A stretch of DNA of 64,000 bases from Anthoceros angustus (taxonomy: Eukaryota > Plantae > Anthocerotophyta): assembly GCA_010909165.1 (NCBI GenBank), contig VJWM01000068.1, positions 1,426,001 through 1,490,000 on the forward strand, given 5' to 3'. Positions 1-12,873 of this stretch are shown piece after piece (the stretch's first letter is position 1; every line of letters begins with the position of its first letter). Both the position numbers and the translations under genes were made by a program. The notes below the pieces were generated by a model. That model ran no database searches, was not told the origin of the DNA, and saw only the letters and a program-made list of their open reading frames with translations.

Positions 1-106
1 CATTCTCGCCGGGCCGAGGCCGAGCTTTCGGATCGGCTGGCCGTGATACAGGTTGCCAACCTTCTGCAGTGCCCAACCGAGACCTAGACTTTACTTGTAG
101 CTCTCC

Positions 107-1297
107 ATGGCTCCGGCTTTGGCTTGTCTTGCCATACGGTCTCCCCGCCTTTGCCCGCTGTCCTATTTCCACGCTAGCAGGGATGGGAATTACTGGGTGC
201 CTCTGGAGCTGTGCGGTTTCTCAAGATGTGCTGCTGCTGATTTGTTGTCGTGCGTGGGACGGTGGTTGCAAGCGGGCAATTTCGTTTCAGGGTTGGAGAC
301 GGGAGGGCGTGAGTGTGGGTTGCTGATGATGAGCCTCCGGCGTGTGTTGATGCAGATGTTTGTGCCGGATGGTGAGCTGGTGTCGGCGCTGGACCTGGGG
401 ACGTCCTCCAGCAGTGCGCAGAACATGCCTCAAGCTAAGGAGGTGGTGGATTCCAAGCTGACCCGTATAAGTGAGCTGCTGGCCGAGGCGGACCAGCTTC
501 GTCTTCACACTCTGCATGAGCTCTATGCGCTGCTCAGTCCCGTGCAAGGTGCGCGCTGCTGTCTTGCTGCTTACGAGCTTGTGTTTGCGCTCAAGACCTT
601 GAGCCATTCATCCTTTGCTGAGCTTCCGGTGCCGGTGCCCGTGGTGCCCACCGAGCCGGCCACAATCCCTGTCCCTGTTCCGGTGCTTGCTTCAGAGGCA
701 TCCACATCCCGGCAAGGCCTTGCTGCCAGCCTGCCGCTGTTGTTGCCTCTGGAGCCGGAAAACTCGTCCCTGCCCATCCCGGTGCTGTCCCCGGTTCCCA
801 TCCCCCTCATCTTCCCTACGCCTGAGCTCGAGAAGCTGCCGTCTCCCATCCGGCGTTTGAGAACAGCAACTTCCTTCTCCGAGGCGGAGTTGTTGGCAGA
901 TGCGATTGCGGTGTTCCATCAGCAGGGGCACCCGGAGTGCTCCCCGCCTGCGGAGACCTTGGCCTGTTCCCAGGAGCTAGAGACGCAGCCGAGTGCGCAA
1001 TTGCCGGTAGAGGTAGAGTTGTCTGCGTCGTTTCAAGCAATCCCTTCTGAAGCTTCCCTAAGTGCGTCTGATTACGAATCCCCAGTCCTGACGGCCTCCA
1101 GCTCCACGACGACGTCGTCTTCTGAGACTACGCCCAGGGTGGAATTGCCTTTGGATGGATTGAACTATCAACAGTCCCAGCATCCGAATCTGGTGGAGCT
1201 TACAGGTCTGATCTTCAATCACTCTGCACAGGAATATGCAGATACTATCCTGGTAAAGTTTCCCAACTTCGGTTGTTGTCTTGCAGTCGCCGAGTGA
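107..1297 (+). CDS. Intronless 396-aa ORF, Pro/Ser/Glu-rich, unidentified (possibly mobile-element derived)
   Basis: Long open frame with a low-complexity P/S/E-rich middle; no motif I recognise; lies in the repeat-rich part of the window. Confidence 0.3.
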   Translation: MAPALACLAIRSPRLCPLSYFHASRDGNYWVPLELCGFSRCAAADLLSCVGRWLQAGNFVSGLETGGRECGLLMMSLRRVLMQMFVPDGELVSALDLGTSSSSAQNMPQAKEVVDSKLTRISELLAEADQLRLHTLHELYALLSPVQGARCCLAAYELVFALKTLSHSSFAELPVPVPVVPTEPATIPVPVPVLASEASTSRQGLAASLPLLLPLEPENSSLPIPVLSPVPIPLIFPTPELEKLPSPIRRLRTATSFSEAELLADAIAVFHQQGHPECSPPAETLACSQELETQPSAQLPVEVELSASFQAIPSEASLSASDYESPVLTASSSTTTSSSETTPRVELPLDGLNYQQSQHPNLVELTGLIFNHSAQEYADTILVKFPNFGCCLAVAE

Positions 1298-3039
1298 GGT
1301 GGTTGGAGCAAACGTTCTGACCTCCTGATCCACAGGTTGCAGAAGAAAGTGAAACAGGACACGTGGCGAATGCGGCCGATGGCATCCGTGACCGAACTTT
1401 CCACCGGGTAGGCTAACCACTTTCTCCAGTCTGGATGCACCTCCAAAGCAGGACGTGAAATGGGCTCTCCTCTTAACGATATGCCCCCGGATCCTCAGGT
1501 GACGAGCCGAGTCGATCTCGGGTGCAGTCAGGCAGGACCAGAATCAAGGAATTTCTGATGTGTTTCATGTGGGGATAGTGCTGATGTTGATGGGCTTTGG
1601 GCACATTGAGTTATCATCAAGAAGAAGATGGGTGTTGCTTTTCACTGAAGCCTTCACACGCAACCATTGGAATAGAGTCCAGGTTTCAAGAAGATGAGGG
1701 CATTGTAGGCAGAGATGTGCAGTGGAATGTAGCATGCCTTACGCTTGATGTCTCTGAGAGAGTCCATCATCTTTATCAGACAGAGGTGGGAGTCTGGCAA
1801 AATTAGAGCGGAGGAGCTTGTTGGATAGAAGTGTAGTAGAGGCTGTATGCTTGACTGACTTTAATTGTCTAAAATTAGACTTGGATGTAGATGTTTAATG
1901 CAGGAAAATATGTGAAATTGCCAAAGAGCTGCAAAGTCTGCTTACGCGTGTAGCGGCAGAATATTCGAGCCCGGATGCCACATCAGGTATTGCTTTCCAT
2001 GGACAGTGGGACACCCCAGCATACTGGAGGACTTGGGGCGAGGTGGACACGCAATAGGAGGTCGACATCGAATGGAGCGAACAAAACTAGTTACGTTTCC
2101 TCCGCTAAGAAAACATTTTGTCAGCGATTTCTTTGCCAGAACATCGCCAGATTCTCTTGTGTTCTTGATGGGAGTAGGTGTAGGGTTGAGGTTGGAGCGA
2201 TGCCGACCGTTGCATGGTTGTTCGTGTAGGTATAAGAACCAGTTTATTCAATCCTTATACCGAAACACTGTCCCGTTTTAAAAAACTCGTGTTTTAATAT
2301 GCCCGCGTTGAATGTTACTCACCCTCCTACTTCCCACATACTAACTTCTACATTCTCCCTAAATATAACTTTTTAATTTCACTCCTATGCTCGAAACTCC
2401 CCAGCTGGGTCGGATGGGAACCGAACTTGGTGGAGGAGAAAGGTGAAAAGTGTGGATCTGGCCGAGAAGGAGATGCAACGTTGTGAGTGAGGAATTTCAC
2501 CTGTTGTGATCGGAAGCTCCGTTTGTAGAACAATTTGAAGCATCTTAACGTGCTAAGAGAATCAAATCAAAGGGGCGCATTGTTCACTCTGCTTGTTTCC
2601 ACGCCAAGCTGAAGCAAGAAGGACGAAGCTGATAACGACGCGTGAAACGCCGTTGGGAATCCAGTTTACATTATTACCCGACTCTATTTGGGGATTGATT
2701 TGGGTAGGGGCCGCGCGAACGCGAGACCCTAAATTATGACGCCTATGCCACCCGTAAGTAGATGATCCGACCTTGCCGTGATGCAAAGGCGAGGTCACAG
2801 GTAAGTCCCGTCAAAGAGAGAACATGGGAAAGTCCCCTCTCCGGGCTTATATATAGCTTCGGTGGACACCTTGACGACTTGAGCAATATGGGATATTAGA
2901 AACGCCGAGCTTGCAAGTGGATTGCATTAGTGCAAGCCAACCCAAAACAAGTTGGTAAAGGACAAGGAGCTCCTGTCCTCAGGGTCTGGTGTGAGTGGGC
3001 CCAAGCCCAGACAGTTCTGATGCGTCCTGTTGTCCTAGT

Positions 3040-3500
3040 TATGGCTTGTGGATTAAGAGGATCTTCCCGTCGCCTGGCCGCAAGGGACTTGTGCAGACGG
3101 GCATGTCACTTGTGCAAGGGAAGTGGACCAGAAAGATGGGCTGCAGGTGCATGCTGATGTGATTGCTGGAATGCTTACACAAGGTGTTAGGGGCTTTGCA
3201 AGATGTTGGTTGCACCCAATTCTGTGACATTCGTGCGCCTCCGACGAGGATGGTCGCGCCGGTGTTGGAGAAGGGATAGGAGCTTTCAATGCTCAAATTA
3301 GAGAACGAGGGCGTCATCAAGTTTGTCGAACATGCGTGCATAGTGTGGCACCTTGAAGACGCTCAGATTGTGTGGCTTTGGTGGAATGTTATAATAGCAG
3401 CGTATTCCCGCCAGGGACTGGGCCATCATGGAAGCCTTTCGTCTTTTTAGTGCTGTGCAAGAAGAAGCCTGCATTGCTAATTGTACATGAAAAGACGTTC
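3040..3500 (+). pseudogene. PLS-class pentatricopeptide repeat (PPR) gene remnant
   Basis: Frameshifted pieces APNSVTFV, LEKG*EL, CGTL/DAQIV, WNVIIAAYSRQGLGH and EAFRLFSAVQEEACIAN match PPR consensus (PNxVTF, CGSLEDARxVF, SWNxMIAAYxQxG, EAxxLFxxMQxEG). It has stops and frameshifts. Confidence 0.75.
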
Positions 3501-3656
3501 ACACGACATCGTAAGGTCTTATGATTTAGAGCGGAGGCTTCAGCTGAGTGCGAGCAACATGAAGAGCAGGGGAGCAAGAAGAAACCACGTGTGCACGGAA
3601 GCAGAATCAGAACAGAATAATTGGTAGAGGGTTGAGGAAACGTTATGAACAAAATT

Positions 3657-5110
3657 GTGAGTGTGTCGTTTCAAATAGGGCTGGCACCTAACTATGCTAG
3701 GAGGTTAACACATGCTAGGAGGTTAACACGTGCTAGGAGATCAATCTTCTAACACGCCACCTTTAACCTAGCATGGTTAGGGGTGGACTGAAAACAGGCC
3801 CCCAGCTTCGGATAAGCAAGCCCCGTGCTACAAGGAGATAGAGCTGCACAAGCTGAAAGCCGATTGAAGACATCCATGGCATAGCTTGGTCCATATGATT
3901 AGTGAGAACCGGTAGCGATTGGCTAGGTCGATAAGCTTCATCCGCCACAAGTCCATGTCCAAATTTCTAACAGTGCTGTGGCTTGGCAGTGCACCGGAGC
4001 AAATACATTTGAGAACTTCCAAGGAGTGGGACTGCCAAGAGCCACTCAGCAGAGAAGTGTTACTTCTTGGATACTAGTCATAAGGACGAGAAATCTCGTA
4101 GACCAAGAGCCTCCATGTGTAGATAGTGTTTATGTTGAGGCAGATTCTTGGTAAGCAGGTCTGCAGTGTTCATGTAGAACCATAGGAAATTTTCACGGCC
4201 CTGTTTCAACGGATTGCCTAACATAGTGCTGCCTGATCTCAATGTGTTTTGTCTTTGAATGAAATCGAGGATTGCTGGCCATAGAAATTGTTGATTTGTT
4301 GTCACAAAAAATTAAAGTTGGAGAGTCCTGCCTATGGGTCAAGTCTTCAAGAAAAGTCCTTTCCCATGCCGCCTCTTTAGCAGCATCAGTCAAGGCTGTG
4401 TGTTCAGCCTCTGTGGAAGAAAGAGCCATAGAGGTCTGCTGTTTAGATCTCCAATTGACTGCCCAATTAGACAACAAAAAACAATAGGCCGAGATGCTCC
4501 GCCGGCTGTCCAGATCAGCTGCCCAGTCGCCATCTGCATAGCCGGTAATTGAAACAGGTGGGCTGTTATCTTGAAACCGTAAGCCATAGGTAATTGTCCC
4601 CTTCAAATACCTGAAGACCTGTTTGACGAATGGCCAATGCTGGGGTCCCGGATTATCCAAGAATTGTGATAAATTACTAACACTAAATTGTAGGTCGGGA
4701 CCTGTCCAGGTGCATAGATAATTAAGACAGCCTATGGCATGTCTATATGGAACATGGAACTTTGCAAACTTCTCTTCAAGGGTTTGAAGACATTGATCGG
4801 AGGTAAGCTTAGAGCCAACCACACCAGGGGTACTAACTGGTCGTGCTTGGTCTAGATTAAATCTATGCAAAATCTCATTGACATATTTTGTCAGGTGCGG
4901 GACTAGAATGCCGTGACTTCTCTCTCTAAGCATTTGGACACCAAGTACAAAGGGAAGCTCACCTATATCTTTCATGTCGAACCTCTTGTGTAACATGCCC
5001 TTTACATACTCAAGGAGCTGATCATTATAAGAGACTAAAATAGCATCGACTACATATAAAGCAAGAGGTACAAAGTGCAAACCTTTCTGCAGCAGATAAC
5101 ACCATAATTT
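3657..5110 (-). mobile_element. Ty1/copia retrotransposon 3' fragment (RT C-terminal part + RNase H, PPT, short LTR remnant)
   Basis: ORF 4193-5080: LYVVD (degenerate YVDD), FDMKDIGE, YRHAIGCLNYL, GYADGDWA, SKQQTSMALSSTEAE, KTKHIEIR; ADLLTK in a shifted frame. On the minus strand purine-rich AAAGGTGGCG is followed by TGTTAG near 3748. Confidence 0.88.
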
Positions 5111-5986
5111 TTCAAGGGGGGGAATAATCTCGATGGGGGTTTTCCTTGAATAAGCCCTTTGACGGGTCTGAAATCACAGTTTTCCGCTTTTTTTTTTAGA
5201 AGAACTCAAAAAAATAGGGTGTAACCCGTCGAGCTCACTTCTTTCCATCAATCAATGTCTCTACCGAACGGTGTTTGCAATCCCAAACCTCTTTGTTTAT
5301 GGCAAAGTTAGACCCGTTAGGATGACCGTTTCTGCCAGGTAGAAGAAGAAGAAGAAGGATTTTATTTGAGTCCACTAAGGACGGATTTCCGTCATGGGAC
5401 TTGGTACTTGACAACTTGTACCATGGTGTGCCTAAGCTACTTGCACCAAGGGCATCCACTCCCTTTAGGCACCCCATCTAAGTACCGATCTAGGCTCAGG
5501 ATGCTTAATCACGGCGTTCTTATAAATGTGTGTCCATTTGGCCTAAGCCATTTGGACAAACCGCAATAGGCAATACCGCAAACTCGCTTGTGCAAGGAAA
5601 ATGCGGGTAAGGAAGGATATTGCAAAATCCACGGACAGCTTATTATATCCAGATCACGTAAACGTCTATAACTATATGTGGTTTGTTGTGGAGATAGAAC
5701 AGGTGAACCATAATAAAAGAACGGAACGACATCCAAGCAACGGCAAGAGCGCCGGCCAGCCGGCGTCCTCGCCCCTACGGAGTGTCTGTATAGTAGTAGT
5801 TGCCCCACCACTTGCACGAGAATGATACACGTCTCGTCCCTACGGTGGGGGTCAGGCTATGTGACATGTCGTATTAGGGTTCCTCTCTACATGTGAAACC
5901 CCAAAGAAAATGATTACAGGACATGGTCCATCACTATTTAACAAAAAATGCTGGAATGTCCAACGATCAATGCAACTTCCTCCCTA

Positions 5987-6260
5987 CCCTACTAGAAAAG
6001 GGCAGTCATGTTACACTTTATGTTAAGATTTGGACCCCCCTTTGGTGCAAATATGTTAAAATCTTGGGGTCTTGTTACACTTTTGGGACCCCTTGTTACA
6101 GTTAGGTTTGGAAACCAACCCGCCACCTTGTTACAATCATGTTACAGTCTTGTTGCAATTATGTTGCAATGTAGTGAGAGGTGGTATGAGTCTCCTCTCA
6201 AAATTGCAACAAGACTGTAATTGCAACAACCAAAGTGTTACATCGTCTCTTGTTACAGTT
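5987..6260 (+). mobile_element. CACTA (CMC-EnSpm)-type terminus with subterminal repeats
   Basis: CCCTACTAGAAAAG (one mismatch to CACTACTAGAAAA) followed by about ten TGTTACA/TGTTGCAA motifs in both orientations; no partner TIR found. Confidence 0.6.
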
Positions 6261-6344
6261 TTGCAGGCTTGGTACCGAACCTCCTCCCCATCTACCTTAA
6301 CCCTTGTTTTTTTTTACTCCCGTATTTTGCCTCTACCATTGTTG

Positions 6345-9300
6345 TTATATGTGTACCGCGATGTACTTGTATTTTACGTATATGACATTACTGTATTTTC
6401 CGAGGTGATTCTTCCAATACCTCTACGAGAGCTTCTACATATTTTGCTCGTGTACTTTTTGTGCCGTTTTTCCGTACTCATATTCGCAATATGCTCACCC
6501 GGCCGTATTTTATGTGTAGTTTTCTGTACCGTATTCTATGCAATATCTTATACGTCACCCGTGTATCGTGCATTTGTATGCGTCATTCGTATGACGTTTG
6601 TATACTTTCAAACCCATACAGTCCAAAAATATGACATATCCATATTTTAATGCACGATACACATGCCAGTTCATCCAACCATCCACAATTGCATTCTAGC
6701 GTGCTCCTTTTTGCCGCTGCGGGAGTGAAGTGGAAGTTGTGGTGTGGATTTTCAGCTCCTTGGCATGTGCATGGTACATGCCATTACTACTCCACATTGT
6801 ACGTAGCTACTGGAAACTCTTGGCCTTCCGCACGGCTTGTGATTTTGGCCTTCCCCTTCCTCTTCCGTTCTGCGGCCATATTCCTGCTGTCATGTGCATG
6901 AGTTTCTCCCCGTGTGGTATTGGAATTCTGCAATCACAACCATGCACATGCCATACAAATGGCCCTTGGCCTGTAAGCAGAGAGAAATTGCTAGCTGGAA
7001 AATTACAATTTGCATGCTCACCTTGGTCGCCTTGTCTCTGATTTGTTTCCGCCCATTTCCTAACAGGTTCTGTGCTTGTTAACGTCCTCTCCATTAGCGC
7101 AGCCCTCACCTTATCCATGCTCCCCCATCCAGCTCTCCAGGCCTTGCTCTTGCTTTCCTCTTCCGGCCTCCTCCCTTCTCCACAACCTATGTCACCTCTG
7201 CCGGAGCACCGCTGTGCAAGTCCATGCTCTCGGCCTGAGACTCCACTAGGTGTGTATCTAATACAAAATTGGGCACGGGCTGGTGTTCCTCTTCCTGGAC
7301 CTCCCTGTTCTCCTCCTCATCATCATCATGCCATAACGTCGTCACCCTACCAAGGATCTGCTTATCGAATCCCATAGACAAATGCCTCATCTCTATACCT
7401 CGCCTTTCTTGTCCTCCAGCCCCCAATGACAGCCGCATTTCTTCAGCTGCATTAGGCTCACATGTCCTCACCCCACGCTCCTCTCGGGCGGTCTTCTTGC
7501 ATTTGCGACACATCCTGTCTTGATGTTCCCTGCACACATACATTAAATCTCGTACTTTGATAGATACTGCCATTCCATGCCTATATACCTGGCCCCCTGC
7601 TATCAAGAGACAACACATATCTATCACTTGCTGGTGACGCCGCACTCCCCAAGCTGTTTTCGTTGTCCACCTTTTTGCCCCTCTCGACACATCCACCTTA
7701 TCCCTCCCTCAAGCAACATGACCATCGCCCGTTCTTGCCCCAACCACGCTGGTTCCTGTGTTGCTAGGACAACTACATCATTGCCCTCGTTATCCTCCAC
7801 GGTGTCATCCATATTGCCTCTGCACTCTGAATCGCCATGCGATGGCCCCACCGTTAGCTTGCCGATAGCCTCTTTGCACTTCCTGGCCTCACGGTCAATA
7901 GGATAGGATGAGGAGGATGAGGAGGATGAGGATAGCCCAATCGAGCTACCTCCTCATCCTCCCCACCTTTCTACGCCTCCGTCGGTGGCGCGGTTATCTC
8001 CGATTGTGGTGTGTTTGCTGCTGCATACGATCCTTACCCACCTCCGTCGCCTGCGGCACTTTGACTAGCAGGTTGTATGAAACCTCGCAATTTGCTTAAC
8101 TTATTTTTTATTGCCTTTTTGTCCACCGCATACAAATGTTTCAGTGAGTTCAACACAAACCCATAATATAGGGTGACCGTTTCATTCACAAACACCTCTT
8201 GTATGTTTTTGGGGTAATAGACCTTATTCCCTGTACCATACATTGGTTCCCACTTCCATGGACTATGTATTCCTGCATATATCTTCCTTCATATGCATCT
8301 GTGTGCTCGGTTCGATGCCAGTGGATAAGAAAGTGAGGCCCGGGTGCATACAACTTCACATCAGTGACCTCGCCAATCCAAAATGGTACGTTATGTGTAC
8401 CGCGATGTACTTGTATTTTACGATATGACATTACTCAGATTTTCCGAGGTGATTCTTCCAATACTTCACGAGAGCTTCTATATTTTGCTCGTGTACTTTT
8501 GTGCCACTCATATTCGCAATATGCTCACCCGGCCGTATTTTTATGTGTAGTTTTCATCGTATTCTATGCAATATCTTATACACCCGTGTATCGTGCATTT
8601 GTATGCGTCATTCGTATGACGTTTGTATACTTTCAAACCCATACAGGTCCAAAATATGACATATCCATATTTTAATGCACGATACACATGCTACCATCCA
8701 ACCATCCACAATTGCATTCTAGCGTGCTCCTTTTGCCGCTGGAGTGAAGTGGAAGTTGTGGTGTGGATTTTCACTCCTTGGCATGTGCATGGTACATGCC
8801 ATTACTCCACATTGTAATGTAGCTACTGGAAACTCTTGGCCTTACGGCTTGTGATTTTGGCCTTCCCTTCCTCTTCCGCTCATGCCATTCCCCGCCATGT
8901 GCATGAGTTTCTCCCGTGTGGTATTGGAATTCGCAATCACAACCATGCACATGCCATACAAATGGCCCTTGGCCTGTAAGGGAGAGAAATTGCTATGAAA
9001 ATTACAATTTGCATGCTCACCTTGGTCGCCTTGTCTACGATTTGTTTCGCCCATTTCCTAAGTTCAGGTTGTTAACGCCCTCTCCATTAGCGCAGCCCTC
9101 ACCTTATCCATGCTCCCCCATCCAGCCTCTCCGTGCCTTGCTCTTGCTTTCCTCTTCCGGCCTCCTCCCTTCTCCACAACCTATGTCAGGAGCCACTGCA
9201 AGTCCATGCTCTGAGACTCCACTAGGTGTGTATCTAATACAAAATTGGGCACGGCTGGTGTTCCTCTTCTGACCTCCTGCTCTCCTCCTCATCATCATCA

Positions 9301-10345
9301 TGCCATAACGTCACCCTACCAAGGATCCGCCGAATCCCATAGACAAATGCCTCATCTCTATACCTCGCCTTTCTTGTCCTCCAGCCCCAATGATGCCGCA
9401 TTTCTTCAGTGCATTAGGCTCACATGTCCTCACCCCACGCCTCCTCTCGGGCGGTCTTCTTGCATTTATGACACATCCCGCCTTGATGTTCCCACATACA
9501 TTAAATCTCGTACTTTGATAGATCACGCCATTCCATGCCTATATACCGCCCCTCGCTATCAAGAGACAACATATCTATCACTGACGCGCACTCCCCAAGC
9601 CGTTTTTGTCCACCTTTTGCCCTCTCGACATCCACCTTATCCCTCCCTCAAGCAACATGACCATCGCCCGTTCTTGCCCCAACCACGCTGGTTCCTGTGT
9701 TGCTAGGACAACTACATCATTGCCCTCGTTATCCTCCACGGTGTCATCCATATTGCCTCTGCCTGTCCTGTAACTGCCATGCGATGGCCCCACCCTGTTA
9801 GCTTGCCGATAGCCTCTTTGCACTTCCCTGGCCTCACGGTTCGACCACAGGATAGGTGGATGAGGAGGATGAGGAGGATAGCCCAATCGAGCTACCCTCC
9901 TCATCCTCCCCACCTTTCTACGGCCTCCTGTCGTCGGTGGCGTTGCAGTTATCTCCCGATTGTGGTGTGTTTGCCGGTTGCATACGATCCTTACCCACCT
10001 CCGTCGCCTGCGGCACTTTGACTAGCAGGTTGTATGAAACCTCGCAATTTGCTTAACTTATTTTTTATTGCCTTTTTGTCCACCGCATACAAATGTTTCA
10101 GTGAGTTCAACACAAACCCATAATATAGGGTGACCGTTTCATTCACAAACACCTCTTGTATGTTTTTGGGGTAATAGACCTTATTCCCTGTACCATACAT
10201 TGGTTCCCACTTCCATGGACTATGTATTCCTGCATATATCTTCCTTCATATGCATCTGTGTGCTCGGTTCGATGCCAGTGGATAAGAAAGTGAGGCCCGG
10301 GTGCATACAACTTCACATCAGTGACCTCGCCAATCCAAAATGGTC
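6345..10345. repeat. Tandem duplication of about 2 kb (copy A ~6345-8390, copy B ~8390-10345)
   Basis: ATGTGTACCGCGATGTACTTGTATTTTACG recurs at ~6349 and ~8393; identical ORFs at 8034-8243 and 9991-10200. Confidence 0.92.
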
Positions 10346-10675
10346 TGTTATGTGTGTCTGTGGTGCAAGGCACCGCCAAAAACATCCCCTTCTGTATTTG
10401 TGTTATATCGCCATTCAATCATGCCATTTCACGCTGTTGCCTCCCGAGGTTTTGATATGCCCCCACGTACATATCACATTGTGGGAGGAGGTCCCTTAAT
10501 AATGCTTCCTCTAGCAACGCTTCATCAGGTACATGAAGGGGTCAGGCTGTATGCTCTACTTCAGCACGGGAAAACCACTTCCAAGGACGTTGCAAAATGA
10601 GGCCGATGTGGCTCTCCACAATAACAACAATCTCTTTCTGGTCCACCCAAAATTCTTCCCACCACTTCTACTCTT
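9991..10675 (-). pseudogene. Degenerate unidentified repeated protein fragment (KWWEEFW ... FLAVPC ... PFWIGEV ... IHWH ... YYGFVL), probably transposon-encoded
   Basis: Frameshifted reading frames; partial copy at 8034-8390 and diverged homologue at 21830-22576 on the + strand. Confidence 0.55.
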
Positions 10676-10679
10676 TAGT

Positions 10680-11480
10680 TGAGGAGACACAATTAGCAGC
10701 GGTCTTAGGGACGAGCAACTCCTTTTGTTTTGCTACTACACAGGATTCACATAGGGAAAGCTCTTTAAAACAATTGGGAAGTGGCTCCCTATAGCAATCT
10801 ATGTTAGCCATCTTAAGGAGGTTACTTTTATGCACATGTCCTACCTGGCATGCCAAAGGTGTGCTTGTGCCCCTAGTGACGAAGCAGCCAAGTGTGTTGT
10901 AGGATTAGGTCAGGATCTAAAGTTAAGTCTGTAGAGATTATTAACTACATGCCTTCAGCTATGATAATGCCTCTATCTACATCTTCTAACTCTTGACGTG
11001 TTATTATGTAACCAGAGGAGGAGAAGTGAAGCTCATAACTTGGGGTCTTAAGAAGTTGACTACCGGACAACAGTTTCTTAGCCATGTCAGGAACATACAA
11101 GATATTATGCAAAGACAAAGAGGTATTGTCCTTCAACTGAAAACAATAAGCACCGGAACCATATATGAGTAGTCAAGAGTGTCTATTCATGTTCGTCACC
11201 AAGGAGACCTTTTGTCGATGCTGAGCTGCCAAGAAACCCCGCATGCCTCGAGTTTCTTGAGGTGCTCTGCATGAGATGTGGCTTCGGAGTCGAGATACCA
11301 CGACTCTGAGTCATAAACCTCGAGTCGAGATACCACGACTCTGAGTCATAAACCTCTGCATACTTGAGCCTCGTGATACTCATGAGGCCTCGCCAAACCT
11401 CAGCAGTTTCGGCGGGCTCTTGTTCTTACAGGTATGAGATGTGGCTTCATAGTCGAGATACCACGACTCTGAGTCATAAG
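10680..11480 (-). mobile_element. Ty1/copia fragment: protease and GAG-pre-integrase region
   Basis: WYLDSEATSHM (WxLDSGATxHM), LHNILYVPDMAKKLLSGSQL, and WHA/GHVH ... CESCVVAKQ; degenerate. Confidence 0.8.
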
Positions 11481-12873
11481 CCATATTTACAAAATACATG
11501 AAGATGTGGATCAATTAATCATATAATTACATTGTATATTAAGAAAGAGGTAAGTAAAACTAAAACAAGAACTAGACCTCACTTAATATGAATGGGTGTG
11601 AATATTGGCGAATGGACGTAACCCTAACGAAGAGGTAAGTAAGCTTAAATTAAACTATATACACACACTCTATATATGAGGCTACTAGCTAACACTAAAT
11701 CATGACTACTCAATACACTATCTCCATTACTCCCACTTGTTGATCATGACAATTCGGACAGTCTTCTCTTTCGCGGGTAGCTTATGGAGACTGTGGGTTC
11801 AGCTGGAATTCACGTCCCACAATATGTGTACCAGCATCACGCCCCGCAACCGGCCTTTTAAGCACGCGATGGAGCGTCTCTGTGTGAAGACGGCTTTTTG
11901 CAGGTGCGTTATTTTTGTAGCTTACTTCTATGCTTCAAGCTCAGTCTTGTGCAAGCTTCTGGAGCGTAGAATCAAGCATCTTGCGATGTCGTCCTCCGAC
12001 TCTGATTATGGCCCTTCTCCTGGCAAGCGCCGTGTGTACCAATGCTATTCACTAGGGCGCTTTGTGCCCACTAGAACAACTGCCTCCTCAAGTCAGGGAG
12101 AGGGAGGAGCCGTTGCTGTTGCAGCTAGGCGCGGAGTAGGTGAACCCGAGGTAGCGGGCGCCCAAAGGGAAGGCCAAGGGGCACAACGCGAGCTTTCTTG
12201 GAACAAAGGCGTCAGAACTTGGGTACTGCCTCTGCACATACCTCCATAGGCGCCACCAGTATAGGAGCCCCATGTCGGCCAGCACTGCCAGAGGAGCGGC
12301 AGTTCTCCAGAGCTGCCATCGACCGAAACAGATGTAGAGCTGGTGAGTTTGAGTACAAGAATGTTGACCATCGCCCAGCTGTGCCAACCAAGTTTCCTGT
12401 GCCTGATTGTGTTGACTCGGAGACCAAAATTGTCAGTCTTGGCTCTTGTCAGATTCCTTGCTCTCCACTGTGGTACAAGTGCATGTATGTACACAAGGCT
12501 CAGGATGGTGAGGGTTAGGGTTGAGCACTGCTACGAATACAATGGCCACGTCGTTAGCTATTACAGTAAGCACTCTTCATTACTCTGCACATTCTGCATC
12601 CCCTTGTAGATAGTCTGTCCTTTTCAGATGGCTAACTGCTCCCACTTGTTGCTGATAGGATCGGAGGAGAGGCCTGAGGAGGAGCGCAGCTTAGAGACTA
12701 GGGAGCGCATGTCATATGAGGAGAGGAAGAAGAGAAACTGTCCAAGGCCTGGAGAAAGTTGGACATCCTCATCCTTTGGGCCTGACTCCTTCGAAAGTCG
12801 CAGCTCGAGTGTTGCACCAGACACTGAGGAGGACAGTAACGATTGGGGATGCACCTAGCTGTTAGGTTAGGGC

